Part shown: positions 13,508-24,012 of the stretch, piece after piece
Layout: every line of letters begins with the position of its first letter
How positions within the stretch are numbered: position 1 is the stretch's first letter
Source of the DNA: Fimbriosthenelais zetlandica
Lineage: Eukaryota
Assembly (NCBI GenBank): GCA_977030845.1
Contig: OZ365114.1
Coordinates: 18,352,001-18,416,000 of the forward strand
Direction of reading: 5' to 3'
DNA: 64,000 nucleotides
The notes under the pieces: generated by a model
Told to the model about the DNA's origin: nothing
Seen by the model: only the letters and a program-made list of their open reading frames with translations
Database searches by the model: none
Made by a program: the position numbers and the translations under genes

Positions 13508-16476
13508 ATGTCTTGTTTGAGAAAATATCTGCTTGGTAGTCGGCCTCAAGTCTCTACTAACACCTCATCAAACTCCACCTCAGACATCAGACAGCCTACA
13601 GCGTTATCACGACCAGGACCCGGTCCTCCCAGTGTCACCAGACGACATCCCACTCCCCTGGAAACTCGTCCAAAAGAGCAGAAGTCTGTCCCTAAAGACT
13701 TCGACCTCTCACATTTTTTCCTCTCGGATGCCTTTGGTCTGGAACATTTGTCGCATTTCTCCACCACACACAAACGCCAGCATGAGGGAGTTTTGCGAAC
13801 AGATTCACCCTCTAAGTTGGATCCCTACTATGTCCCAGTTACTTCTACTACAGGTCCAGATCTGACTGAAGAAAATGATGAAGGAGCAGACTCAATGGAT
13901 CATGATAGCGAGAGGGCGGACAAGGACATTCCATCTTTTCCAGAGAATAAAAATTCATGTGTTGGTGATATAGAAGTGTTAGATAAAAGAGAAATCTCAT
14001 GGTCTTCACCAATAGGCCAAGAACATCCTCTACTTGATGAAGAATCCAAAAAGGCAGAATGCAATAATGTGAAAAGACCACCTGGTCTAGGGATTAAACA
14101 AAAAGTTAAGCCTGAGAAACCTCATATACAAAGCAATGTTAATACTCAACATAACATTGACAAGAAAGCATTTACTCTAGATTTCATGAAGCATACATCC
14201 CGCGCCAGTGTGAAAATAAATGAAGATTTCTGTCATTCTCAAGTCGCAAGTCCCAATGTCGATGAGGCAGAATGTGATATTAATCCCATGAAAATGATAC
14301 CTCGCGAAGAGAAAAAACAATTAGACAAACCCAACAAACCTCTTGTACATAGAAATGTAAATAATCAAGATCAGGCTAGGAAACCTTTTACTCTGGATTT
14401 CATGAAGCATACTTACCGGAACAATATGAGAAGAACTGAAGGTGTGTGCGACACTAAAGTTGAAAGTCCTAATTTAGATGAGACAGATATCCATCCCATG
14501 AAAAGACTGTCAGATGGAAAGAATAAACAATTAGATATTAATCCTGACAATCCTCAAATAGGTGTACATCGAAATGTAAATAATCAAGATCAGACTAAGA
14601 AAACGTTTACTCTGGACTTCATGAAGCATACTTACCGGAACAATGTGAGAAGAACTGAAGGTGTGTGTGATTCTAAAGTTGAAAGTCCTAATTTAGATGA
14701 GGCAGATATCCATCCCCTGAAAAGACTGTCAGATGGAAAGAATAAACAATTAGAAATAAATTCGCAGAAATTAATCAGCACACATAGAAATGTAAATAAC
14801 CAAGATCAGACTAAGAAATCTTTTACTCTGGATTTCATGAAGCATACTTACCGGAACAGTGAAAGAAGAAAAGATGATTTATGCGATAGTGAAAGTTACA
14901 GTAGAAAACATCTGGATAAATTACCTAGCAGATCGTTTAGTTTCCAAAAAGCCCGGTCTCATCTTGACACAAATATTGTCAAAGGTTCCGCTCGAATGCC
15001 TGACTCCTCCACAAGTGGATATCACTCTGAACGAAGGCACGACCCGCATCACAGCCACAGGAAATCCTCTGAGAAGAAACCTTCACTCATTCTGCCAACT
15101 GAATCAAAAAACCATGTAAAACCTGAGAGTTCTTGTGAGGAAAATAGAGAGATTCCTACCACCACCACCATTAATTATAGATCACCTACCACTTCTGAAC
15201 CATCTTCAAACTGTCCATTGGTTAGCAGAACCGCGCCCCCGAAAGTTGCTGAAGATCCTCTGGGTTCAAAGGATGGAGACAAGGTTGATGTTCCTATGTA
15301 CTATGAGTCTTCTACAGACTCACTCGGTGAGGAAAGTGACTCTCACAGTGTCTTTGAAAATAACTCTTTGACCAGGAGAGAAACTGTGGCTCGTTCTAAA
15401 ACTGCGGTAAAGAGAAAAAAAAGGAGAAAAAGTTTGAACAGAGTAGAAGACTCTGAGTCGGATAATGAGGACGCTGAAAATGTTCGTAGGAGATCGAAGA
15501 CCAGGCGGAAGGGATCCAAAAGTTCGATTAGGAAGTCAAGGTAGGCGTGTAATTCTGATCTGATAATTTGAGAAATTATTCAAAAAGGAAGCAATCAGAA
15601 TTGTTATTTGATTTGTTTAGTTAAAGATTTGTGCTCGCATTTTTTAGACATTCACGGGGCAGTCAATCGAGGGAAGAATCTGGAGGGTCTTTATCTCAGA
15701 AAGAGCGGAAACCTGCAAAAACAAAAATATCAAAACCTGACAAGGTAAGTTCTGGGACTAAAACTAATCTTGAATATTGGTGGGGTCTCCTGGATTATAT
15801 TTCATTGAGATCTAATCATGAGTAGGTAATGTCATATGATGAGGTGATTCAGTTCATGTCAAGATATAATGATGATTTATACTGTATACATGATGTACAT
15901 ATTGTATATATATTGTACTTAATAATTGAATAGTAGTAGCAGATGAGACTGAAATGTGCGAATGGAATAACAATAAGTGATGGCGAAGGGAAACATTATT
16001 TAACTCTGTAATTTCTTGTTGATATGGTACAGGTCATAGTGAGGAACAAACGTCAACCAAACTCAAATTCTCCCAGTGAAAATGACACCCTTCCTCTAAA
16101 GATGAGCCCAGGGAAGGTGAAGCGAGGTCGAAAGAGGAAGACATCGACGAATAAATCCCATGAAGAGAAAGGGAAAAAAGGGAAATTAAATGTGCCCCTG
16201 AAGCCCGTGTGTCAGCCCAAGTCATCCATTTATAAACGTGAAGATAACAAGACCAATAATGCTAACAGTATATTCGCCTTGTCAGAAATGGACCATGCTT
16301 GGAACTCTGTACTTCCTATCTCTGACCTCATGGAGTTTGAGAAACAATTACATAAGAACTCTCGACCCTCTGATGGACAGAGTTCCAAGAGTTATCATAC
16401 TCCTGGATTTTCTTCAATTTTCGGCCCACAGACCCACCCGGGCGGGGTGTGGCAGTCTATAGTTGAAGAAGACTGA
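13508..16476 (+). CDS. Uncharacterised 857-aa low-complexity/disordered protein with four internal 72-73-aa repeats and basic NLS-like clusters
   Basis: Exons 13508-15540 (AG|GTAGGC, phase 2), 15648-15744 (ttttttag acceptor, AAG|GTAAGT, phase 0) and 16033-16476 join three ORF-track frames into one 2574-nt CDS. There is an in-frame TGA at 13496, upstream of the ATG. The 2-kb open exon is far too long to be chance. No recognisable domain. Confidence 0.8.
14130..14860 (+). repeat. Coding tandem repeat, 216/219/216-nt period
   Basis: FTLDFMKHT starts at 14171, 14387, 14606 and 14822 (aa 222, 294, 367, 439). Units 2-3 are nearly identical; unit 1 is the most diverged. Confidence 0.95.
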
Positions 16477-17410
16477 AGAATTCTCAAAATGATCGTGAAT
16501 GGGATAATTAGGAACTTTTTCATTTATAATACAAAGCTATAGAATCTGCCAGCTCCATTGTTGGAATCTGTAAATATCTCAAATGCTAATTGAAACTCAG
16601 TATCTGCTATTAGAAGTGAGAATATGGGAATACATGTACTGGCAATACCTGATAAATCAATCTTCTGTTCGTGAAACCTCGTCGTTGTTTTCTACACTAG
16701 TATATTAATATGTTTTAAAGTTGATAAACATTGGACTTATTGAATTTATGATAGACTCAAAGTGACAGTTGTGTATAGATTTCAATAAGACATGATAAAC
16801 TTGTCGATATATAAATCAATGTATATATGCTTCCCATTCAGAGGTAACCCCCCTGTATATATCATTTCTATGATAGTAATTCAACTCAATGGTTTTATTT
16901 TGGTCATCCCCATATGTATAATTTTAGACAGGGGAGTATCAGAGGTAAATCATTTTTGTACAAGGATATCAGGGTTCAATGTTTTTGTATATAGCAGAAG
17001 TCGATCATTTATTATATCAAAATATAACGCACCTATAATTTTATTCCGATTGCGTGTGTTGATAATAAATCATATGATAACTGTAATTCAATGTCTTTTA
17101 TCAATAGTCATGCAGACAGGTGAAAATCTAGGACTCAAAACGGGGCCAGTCCTCTCTCAATATAACATGTTCGTCTGAACAAACACTCGCACAGGCCTGG
17201 GAGCGGAGCTATAACCCAGTTTCATTCATTTTCATAATTTTTTATGCCCTCTTACACATGTGACCTTTAGAAAGTGACCCTTCAGCTTGGTCCTGGGAAG
17301 ATCTCAATTGAGTCCTGGCCCTGCTAGCGATTCACCAGCACCAGTAAATAACAAGAGAACATAGGACACATATTATATGTAATACATACAAATATCACTG
17401 AACGGGAAAC

Positions 17411-18979
17411 ATGTGGATTACTACCATCTTAGTGGGGGCAACCATTGCCTTAATCATAAAATGGTACGTAGACAGGACCCATAAACTCAGCACCTTCAGA
17501 AGGTCTGGAATCCCGGGCCCTCAACCCCATTTCCTCTTCGGGAATTGGATGGTACTCATGAAGGATGGAATGCGGGGTAACATGATAGAATGGAGCAAAA
17601 AATATGGCAAAACATTTGGTTATTATGAAGGCGATGTTCCTACACTGGCTACATCCGATCTAGAGTTGCTGAGACAAGTTCTGGTCAAAGATTTCCCCAG
17701 TTTCAACTCCAGGAAACTACAGAGAATATCATCTTCAGAACACAGTATCGTCCACGCCCGGGGTGAGAGCTGGAAGAGACAGCGGATGATCCTCAGCCCC
17801 TCATTCAGTACTCGCGGTATTAAGGAAATGTCATCCATCGTGAACCAGACTATATCTAAACTGATGGATCTATTGAGGAAACGGGCTGAAGAAGACAAAG
17901 CATTTGACATCATGCTGGACTTTCAGAAGCTCACCATCTCGGCCATTGCTTCCTGTGGTTTTGGACTGGATGTGGACGCTGTCAACAATCCTGATGACAT
18001 TTTCTTAAAGAAATGTCAAGAGGTCTTCACATTCCGTCTTTCCTTTTACGCCAGATACACATTGTTACTTTCCCTGATCTTCCCATCAATTTACCCATTT
18101 TGCAAAGCACTGTTTCCTGGCCATTTCTCAATACCAACAGAGTGGTTCTCTCAAACCAGCAAAGCTATCATCGATGCAAGGAGGGAGAATAAAGGCATTA
18201 AAAAGGATTTCATATACTTGATGCTTTTAGCTGAGGAGCAGGAACAACCCCAGGAATTAGAATCATTAGAAGTGGATGTTTCCAGGGACACCAGCACCGA
18301 GGCTGAAACCAAACCGCGCAAGAGTTCAGGCAAGGGTAGAAGCATGACTATGACGGAAATGCAAGCTTCTTGTATGAGTTTCATAATTGCTGGATTTGAA
18401 ACTACGAGCACGACCCTGGCTTACCTCGCTTATGAACTGGCCCTACACCCGGACGTACAAGAGAAACTCCAGAGAGAAGTTGATGAGCATTTTCCAGAAG
18501 ACCAGCTTCCTGATTATCTCTCAGCTCAGAAATTACCATACATGGAAATGGTCTTCTCAGAAACACTGCGCCTCTTCCCACCCGGTCAGGTAGTCCAGAA
18601 CAGACAGTGTATGGCCGATGTTGCTGTCAAAGGTATGAACCTCAAAAAAGGATACCAAGTACAAGTTCTAGTTGATGTGATCCATAAGGACCCTGAGCAT
18701 TGGGGGCCAGAAGATCCTGACGAATTTGTTCCTGAAAGGTTCCTCCCTGAGAGAAAAGCTAAACGGGACTCGATGGCATGGATGCCTTTCGGTGGAGGTC
18801 CAAGGAATTGCATAGGGATGAGGTTTGCTATCATGGAAATTAAGATGACACTGGCAAGGGTTCTTAAAGAGTTCACTTTCGTGAGATGTGAGGAAACTCA
18901 GGTGCCAATCAATGTGGACAATCGTGGGTTGGCTCGTCCAAAAGATGGAGTCTTTATCAAGCTGGAGAAAAGGCAATAA
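17411..18979 (+). CDS. Cytochrome P450, clan 3 (CYP3A/CYP5-like), copy 1, intronless CDS, 522 aa
   Basis: N-terminal membrane anchor, PGP hinge, WxxxR (WKRQR), I-helix AGFETT, ETLR, PERF, heme motif FGGGPRNCIG. AATAAA at 19224. Confidence 0.95.
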   Translation: MWITTILVGATIALIIKWYVDRTHKLSTFRRSGIPGPQPHFLFGNWMVLMKDGMRGNMIEWSKKYGKTFGYYEGDVPTLATSDLELLRQVLVKDFPSFNSRKLQRISSSEHSIVHARGESWKRQRMILSPSFSTRGIKEMSSIVNQTISKLMDLLRKRAEEDKAFDIMLDFQKLTISAIASCGFGLDVDAVNNPDDIFLKKCQEVFTFRLSFYARYTLLLSLIFPSIYPFCKALFPGHFSIPTEWFSQTSKAIIDARRENKGIKKDFIYLMLLAEEQEQPQELESLEVDVSRDTSTEAETKPRKSSGKGRSMTMTEMQASCMSFIIAGFETTSTTLAYLAYELALHPDVQEKLQREVDEHFPEDQLPDYLSAQKLPYMEMVFSETLRLFPPGQVVQNRQCMADVAVKGMNLKKGYQVQVLVDVIHKDPEHWGPEDPDEFVPERFLPERKAKRDSMAWMPFGGGPRNCIGMRFAIMEIKMTLARVLKEFTFVRCEETQVPINVDNRGLARPKDGVFIKLEKRQ

Positions 18980-19513
18980 TCTTACCGTAACCAAAACGGC
19001 AATGATGAAGCAATGCAGCACATAGATCAACTATAATAGTCTATAAAATATATTAACTGTTCTAAACTTTTTAGAAGTTAAATTTTATAAAAGAAGTATT
19101 ATAAGATGTCGAGATTTCTCATGATCCACAATGTCCAAAATTTGATATGAATATGGAAAGCAGCCTCGAGAATTATTGTTTGAAAATGCTTAGATTTAAA
19201 GAGAGTATTCTTCCAGTCGTATCAATAAAACCAACTGTTGACATTTATCCAAGAACTAGCGTGCCTTTGTTCATTTGGTTATACTTTACTCAGAGCTACA
19301 TCATGTTAATTGTTGATATATAACTTAGATCTATTTGGCAGAGGATGTATTTTACCGAACTAAAACAAGTGTAGGGATATAAGGGAAACAGTAAAATTAT
19401 GTATACAATTACTAAAAATTACAATTACAATGTAAATTATAATTTTAAAAAAAACCCAAAACATCTGGCTTATTCAATGACATTTACTTAGTCACAGTGT
19501 TGACGGATTTGGC

Positions 19514-19715
19514 TTGTTTGACCCCCATGTATAACATAACCATACATACTTGTATATAAAATTTTCATCTCAGCATTTGTTTGACCCCCATGTATAACGT
19601 AACCATATAGGCCTACATGTACATACAACTTTCATCTCAGCATTTGTTTGACCCCCATGTATAACGTAACCGTACGTAGCCCTCCCTACATGTACATAAA
19701 ACTTTCATCTCAGCA
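19514..19715. repeat. Three tandem 63-71-bp units in P450 spacer 1
   Basis: ttgtttgacccccatgtataac...actttcatctcagca at about 19514, 19577 and 19644. Only one unit occurs in spacer 2 (about 21924) and one after the fourth-copy relic (about 25783). Confidence 0.9.
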
Positions 19716-19831
19716 ATCTGAGAACTCAGTTGAGTACTGGCCCTGCTAACGATTCACTAGCACCAGATAAATAATAAGAGAACATAGGACACACATATGT
19801 AATACATACAAATATCACTTGACGGGAAAAC

Positions 19832-21403
19832 ATGTGGATTACTACCATCTTAGTCGGGGCAACCATTGCCTTAATCATAAAATGGTACGTAGACCGGACC
19901 CATAAACTCAGCACCTTCAGAAGGTCTGGAATCCCGGGCCCTCAACCCCATTTCCTCTTCGGGAATTGGATGGTACTCATGAAGGATGGAATGCGTGGGA
20001 ATCTGATAGAATGGAGCAAAAAATATGGCAAAACATTTGGTTATTATGAAGGCGATGTTCCTTCACTGGCTACTTCTGATCTAGAGTTGCTGAGACAAGT
20101 TCTGGTCAAGGAGTTTCCCAGTTTCAACTCCAGGAAACTACACAAAATATCATCGTCTTCGCAAAACAGTATCGTCCACGCCCGGGGTGAGACCTGGAAG
20201 AAACAGCGGATGATCCTCAGTCCCTCATTCAGTACTCGCGGTATTAAGGAAATGTCATCCATCGTCAACCAGACTATATCTAAACTGATGGATCTATTGA
20301 GGAAACGGGCTGAAGAAGACAAAGCATTTGACATCATGCTGGACTTTCAGAAGCTCACCATCTCGGCCATTGCTTCCTGTGGTTTTGGACTGGATGTGGA
20401 CGCTGTCAACAATCCTGATGACATTTTTTTAAAGAAATGTCAAGAGGTCTTCGCATTCCGTCCTTCCTTTTACGCCAAATACACATTGTTACTTTCTCTG
20501 ATCTTCCCATCAATTTACCCATTTTGCAAAGCATTGTTTCCTGGCCATTTCTCATTACCAACAGAGTGGTTCTCTCAAACCAGCAAAGCTATCATAGACG
20601 CAAGGAGGGAGAATAAAGGCATTAGAAAGGATTTCATATACTTGATGCTTTTAGCTGAGGAGCAGGAACAGCCCCAGGAACTAGAATCATTAGAAGTGGA
20701 CGTTTCCAGGGACACCACCACCGAAGCTGAAACCAAACCGTGCAAGAGTTCAGGCAACGGTCGAAGCATGACCATGGCAGAGATGCAAGCTTCTTGTATG
20801 AGCTTCATAATTGCTGGATTTGAAACTACGAGCACGACTATGGCTTACATCGCTTATGAACTGGCCCTACACCCTGAAATACAAGAGAAACTCCAGAGAG
20901 AAGTTGATGAGCATTTTCCAGAAGACCAGCTTCCTGATTATCTCTCAGCTCAGAAATTACCATACATGGAAATGGTCTTCTCAGAAACACTGCGCCTCTT
21001 CCCACCCGCTCAGGTAGTCCAGAACAGACAGTGTATGGCCGATGTTGCTGTCAAAGGTATGAACCTCAAAAAAGGATACCAAGTACAAGTTCTAGTTGAT
21101 GTGATCCATAAGGACCCTGAGCATTGGGGGCCAGAAGACCCTGACGAATTTGTTCCTGAAAGGTTCCTCCCTGAGAGAAAAGCTAAACGGGATTCGATGG
21201 CATGGATGCCTTTCGGTGGAGGTCCAAGGAACTGCGTAGGGATGAGGTTTGCTATCATGGAAATTAAGATGACACTGGCAAGGGTTCTTAAAGAGTTCAC
21301 TTTCGTGAGATGTGAGGAAACTCAGGTGCCAATCAATGTGGACAATCGTGGGTTGGCTCGTCCAAAAGATGGAGTCTTTATCAAGCTGGAGAAAAGGCAA
21401 TAA
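19832..21403 (+). CDS. Cytochrome P450, clan 3, copy 2, intronless CDS, 523 aa
   Basis: Same motifs as copy 1 (heme motif FGGGPRNCVG); near-identical sequence. AATAAA at 21651. Confidence 0.95.
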   Translation: MWITTILVGATIALIIKWYVDRTHKLSTFRRSGIPGPQPHFLFGNWMVLMKDGMRGNLIEWSKKYGKTFGYYEGDVPSLATSDLELLRQVLVKEFPSFNSRKLHKISSSSQNSIVHARGETWKKQRMILSPSFSTRGIKEMSSIVNQTISKLMDLLRKRAEEDKAFDIMLDFQKLTISAIASCGFGLDVDAVNNPDDIFLKKCQEVFAFRPSFYAKYTLLLSLIFPSIYPFCKALFPGHFSLPTEWFSQTSKAIIDARRENKGIRKDFIYLMLLAEEQEQPQELESLEVDVSRDTTTEAETKPCKSSGNGRSMTMAEMQASCMSFIIAGFETTSTTMAYIAYELALHPEIQEKLQREVDEHFPEDQLPDYLSAQKLPYMEMVFSETLRLFPPAQVVQNRQCMADVAVKGMNLKKGYQVQVLVDVIHKDPEHWGPEDPDEFVPERFLPERKAKRDSMAWMPFGGGPRNCVGMRFAIMEIKMTLARVLKEFTFVRCEETQVPINVDNRGLARPKDGVFIKLEKRQ

Positions 21404-22044
21404 TCTTACCGTACCCAAAACGGCAATGATGAAGCAATGCAGCACATAGATCAACTATAATAGTCTATAAAATATATTAACTGTTCTAAATTTTTAGAAG
21501 TTAAATTTTATAAAAGAAGTATAATAAGAAGACAAGTCGAGATTTCTCATGATCCACAATGTCTAAAATTTGATATGAATATGGAGAGCAGCTTCAGAAT
21601 AATTGTTTGAAAATGCTTAGATTTAAAGAGAGTATTCTTCCAGTCGTATCAATAAAACCAACTGTTGACATTTATCCAAGAACTAGCGTGCCTTTGTTCA
21701 TTTGGTTATACATACATGTACTTTACTCAGAGCTACATTATGTTAATTGTTGATACATAACTTATTTCTATTTGGCAGAGGATGTATTTTACCGAATTAA
21801 AACAAGTGTAGGGATATAACGGAAACAGCAAAATTATGTATACAATTACTAAATTAAAAAAAACAAAAAAACATCTGGCTTATTCAATGACATTTACTTA
21901 GTCACAGTGTTGACAGATTTGGCTTGTTTGACCCCCATGTATAACGTAACCGTACATGTACATAAAACTTTCATCTCAGCATTTCCTTAACCATCAGCAC
22001 CCATTGCACATGATACTTGATTGACTGATGTGTACACAGTCGAT

Positions 22045-22166
22045 ATTTAACCTGTCTATATAATCTGTACATATATATCTTATTGTTTATCTATTTTGAT
22101 ATGGTATAGGCCATACATATAGTGAAGAAGAAACGTCAATCAAATCCAAATTCTCCGAGTGAAAAT
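22045..22166 (+). pseudogene. Duplicated fragment of intron 2/exon 3 of the 857-aa gene inside P450 spacer 2
   Basis: ttgatatggtataggccata...aaacgtcaatcaaatccaaattctccgagtgaaaat aligns by eye with 16019-16083 (ttgatatggtacaggtcata...aaacgtcaaccaaactcaaattctcccagtgaaaat). Confidence 0.8.
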
Positions 22167-22421
22167 GTAGGACTCAAAATGGGGCCAGGTCACCGTCCGT
22201 ACAATATCGGTTGGTCTGAACAAACAGGACTGAGAGTGGAACTATAACCTAGTTTTTTCGTTATTTGTTTATGCCCACTTACGCAGTAAACCTTCAGCTT
22301 GATGCTGAGAAGAACTCAGTTGAGTCCTGGCCCTGCTAGCGATTCACTAGCACCAGATAAATAACAAGAGAACATAGGACACACATATGTAATACATACA
22401 AATATCATTGGAGGGGAAAAC

Positions 22422-23993
22422 ATGTGGATTACTACCATCTTAGTCGGGGCAACCATTGCCTTAATCATAAAATGGTACGTAGACAGGACCCATAAACTCA
22501 GCACCTTCAGAAGGTCTGGAATCCCGGGCCCTCAACCCCATTTTCTCTTCGGGAATTGGATGGTACTCATGAAGGATGGAATGCGTGGGAATCTGATAGA
22601 ATGGAGCAAAAAATATGGCAAAACATTTGGTTATTATGAAGGCGATGTTCCTACTCTGGCTACATCCGATCTAGAGTTGCTGAGACAAATTCTGGTCAAG
22701 GAGTTTCCCAGTTTCAACTCCAGGAAAATACACAAAATATCATCGTCTTCGCAAAACAGTATCGTCCACGCCCGGGGTGAGAGCTGGAAGAAACAGCGGA
22801 TGATCCTCAGTCCCTCATTCAGTACTCGCGGTATTAAGGAAATGTCATCCATCGTGAACCAGACTATATCTAAACTGATGGATCTATTGAGGAAACGGGC
22901 TGAAGAAGACAAAGCATTTGACATCATGCTGGACTTTCAGAAGCTCACCATCTCGGCCATTGCTTCCTGTGGTTTTGGACTGGATGTGGACGCTGTCAAC
23001 AATCCTGATGACATTTTCTTAAAGAAATGTCAAGAGGTCTTCGCATTCCGTCTTTCCTTTTACGCCAAATACACATTGTTACTTTCCCTGATCTTCCCCT
23101 CAATTTACCCCTTTTGCAAAGCACTGTTTCCTGGCCATTTCTCAATACCAACAGAGTGGTTCTCTCAAACCAGCAAAGCTATCATCGACGCAAGGAGGGA
23201 GAATAAAGGCATTAGAAAGGATTTCATATACTTGATGCTTTTAGCTGAGGAGCAGGAACAACCCCAGGAATTAGAATCATTAGAAGTGGACGTTTCCAGG
23301 GACACCACCACCGAGGCTGAAACCAAACCGCGCAAGAGTTCAGGCAAGGGTCGAAGCATGACCATGGCAGAGATGCAAGCTTCTTGTATGAGTTTCATAA
23401 TTGCTGGATTTGAAACTACGAGCACGACTATGGCTTACATCGCTTATGAACTGGCCCTACACCCGGAAGTACAAGAGAAACTCCAGAGCGAAGTTGATGA
23501 GCATTTTCCAGAAGACCAGCTTCCTGATTATCTCTCAGCTCAGAAATTACCATACATGGAAATGGTCTTCTCAGAAACACTGCGCCTCTTCCCACCCGCT
23601 CAGGTAGTCCAGAACAGACAGTGTATGGCCGATGTTGCTGTCAAAGGTATGAACCTCAAAAAAGGATACCAAGTACAAGTTCTAGTTGATGTGATCCATA
23701 AGGACCCTGAGCATTGGGGGCCAGAAGATCCTGACGAATTTGTTCCTGAAAGGTTCCTCCCTGAGAGAAAAGCTAAACGGGACTCGATGGCATGGATGCC
23801 TTTCGGTGGAGGTCCAAGGAATTGCATAGGGATGAGGTTTGCTATCATGGAAATTAAGATGACACTGGCAAGGGTTCTTAAAGAGTTCACTTTCGTGAGA
23901 TGTGAGGAAACTCAGGTGCCAATCAATGTGGACAATCGTGGGTTGGCTCGTCCAAAAGATGGAGTCTTTATCAAGCTGGAGAAAAGGCAATAA
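22422..23993 (+). CDS. Cytochrome P450, clan 3, copy 3, intronless CDS, 523 aa
   Basis: Same motifs as copies 1 and 2. Homology to the other copies stops about 10-20 nt after the stop codon. Confidence 0.95.
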   Translation: MWITTILVGATIALIIKWYVDRTHKLSTFRRSGIPGPQPHFLFGNWMVLMKDGMRGNLIEWSKKYGKTFGYYEGDVPTLATSDLELLRQILVKEFPSFNSRKIHKISSSSQNSIVHARGESWKKQRMILSPSFSTRGIKEMSSIVNQTISKLMDLLRKRAEEDKAFDIMLDFQKLTISAIASCGFGLDVDAVNNPDDIFLKKCQEVFAFRLSFYAKYTLLLSLIFPSIYPFCKALFPGHFSIPTEWFSQTSKAIIDARRENKGIRKDFIYLMLLAEEQEQPQELESLEVDVSRDTTTEAETKPRKSSGKGRSMTMAEMQASCMSFIIAGFETTSTTMAYIAYELALHPEVQEKLQSEVDEHFPEDQLPDYLSAQKLPYMEMVFSETLRLFPPAQVVQNRQCMADVAVKGMNLKKGYQVQVLVDVIHKDPEHWGPEDPDEFVPERFLPERKAKRDSMAWMPFGGGPRNCIGMRFAIMEIKMTLARVLKEFTFVRCEETQVPINVDNRGLARPKDGVFIKLEKRQ

Positions 23994-24012
23994 TCCTACC
24001 TGCAATGCAGCA

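Noticed and set aside
16746-17372. Minus frame of about 209 codons interrupted only by TGA (possible NUMT or TGA=Trp code)
   Set aside because: Over much of its length the frame shares wobble positions with the plus-strand ORF, which suppresses TAA/TAG. It crosses into P450 promoter sequence and resembles no mitochondrial protein.
17623-23890. Repeated antisense and alternate-frame ORFs over the three P450 genes
   Set aside because: Shadows of the P450 coding frame; they recur only because the gene is triplicated.
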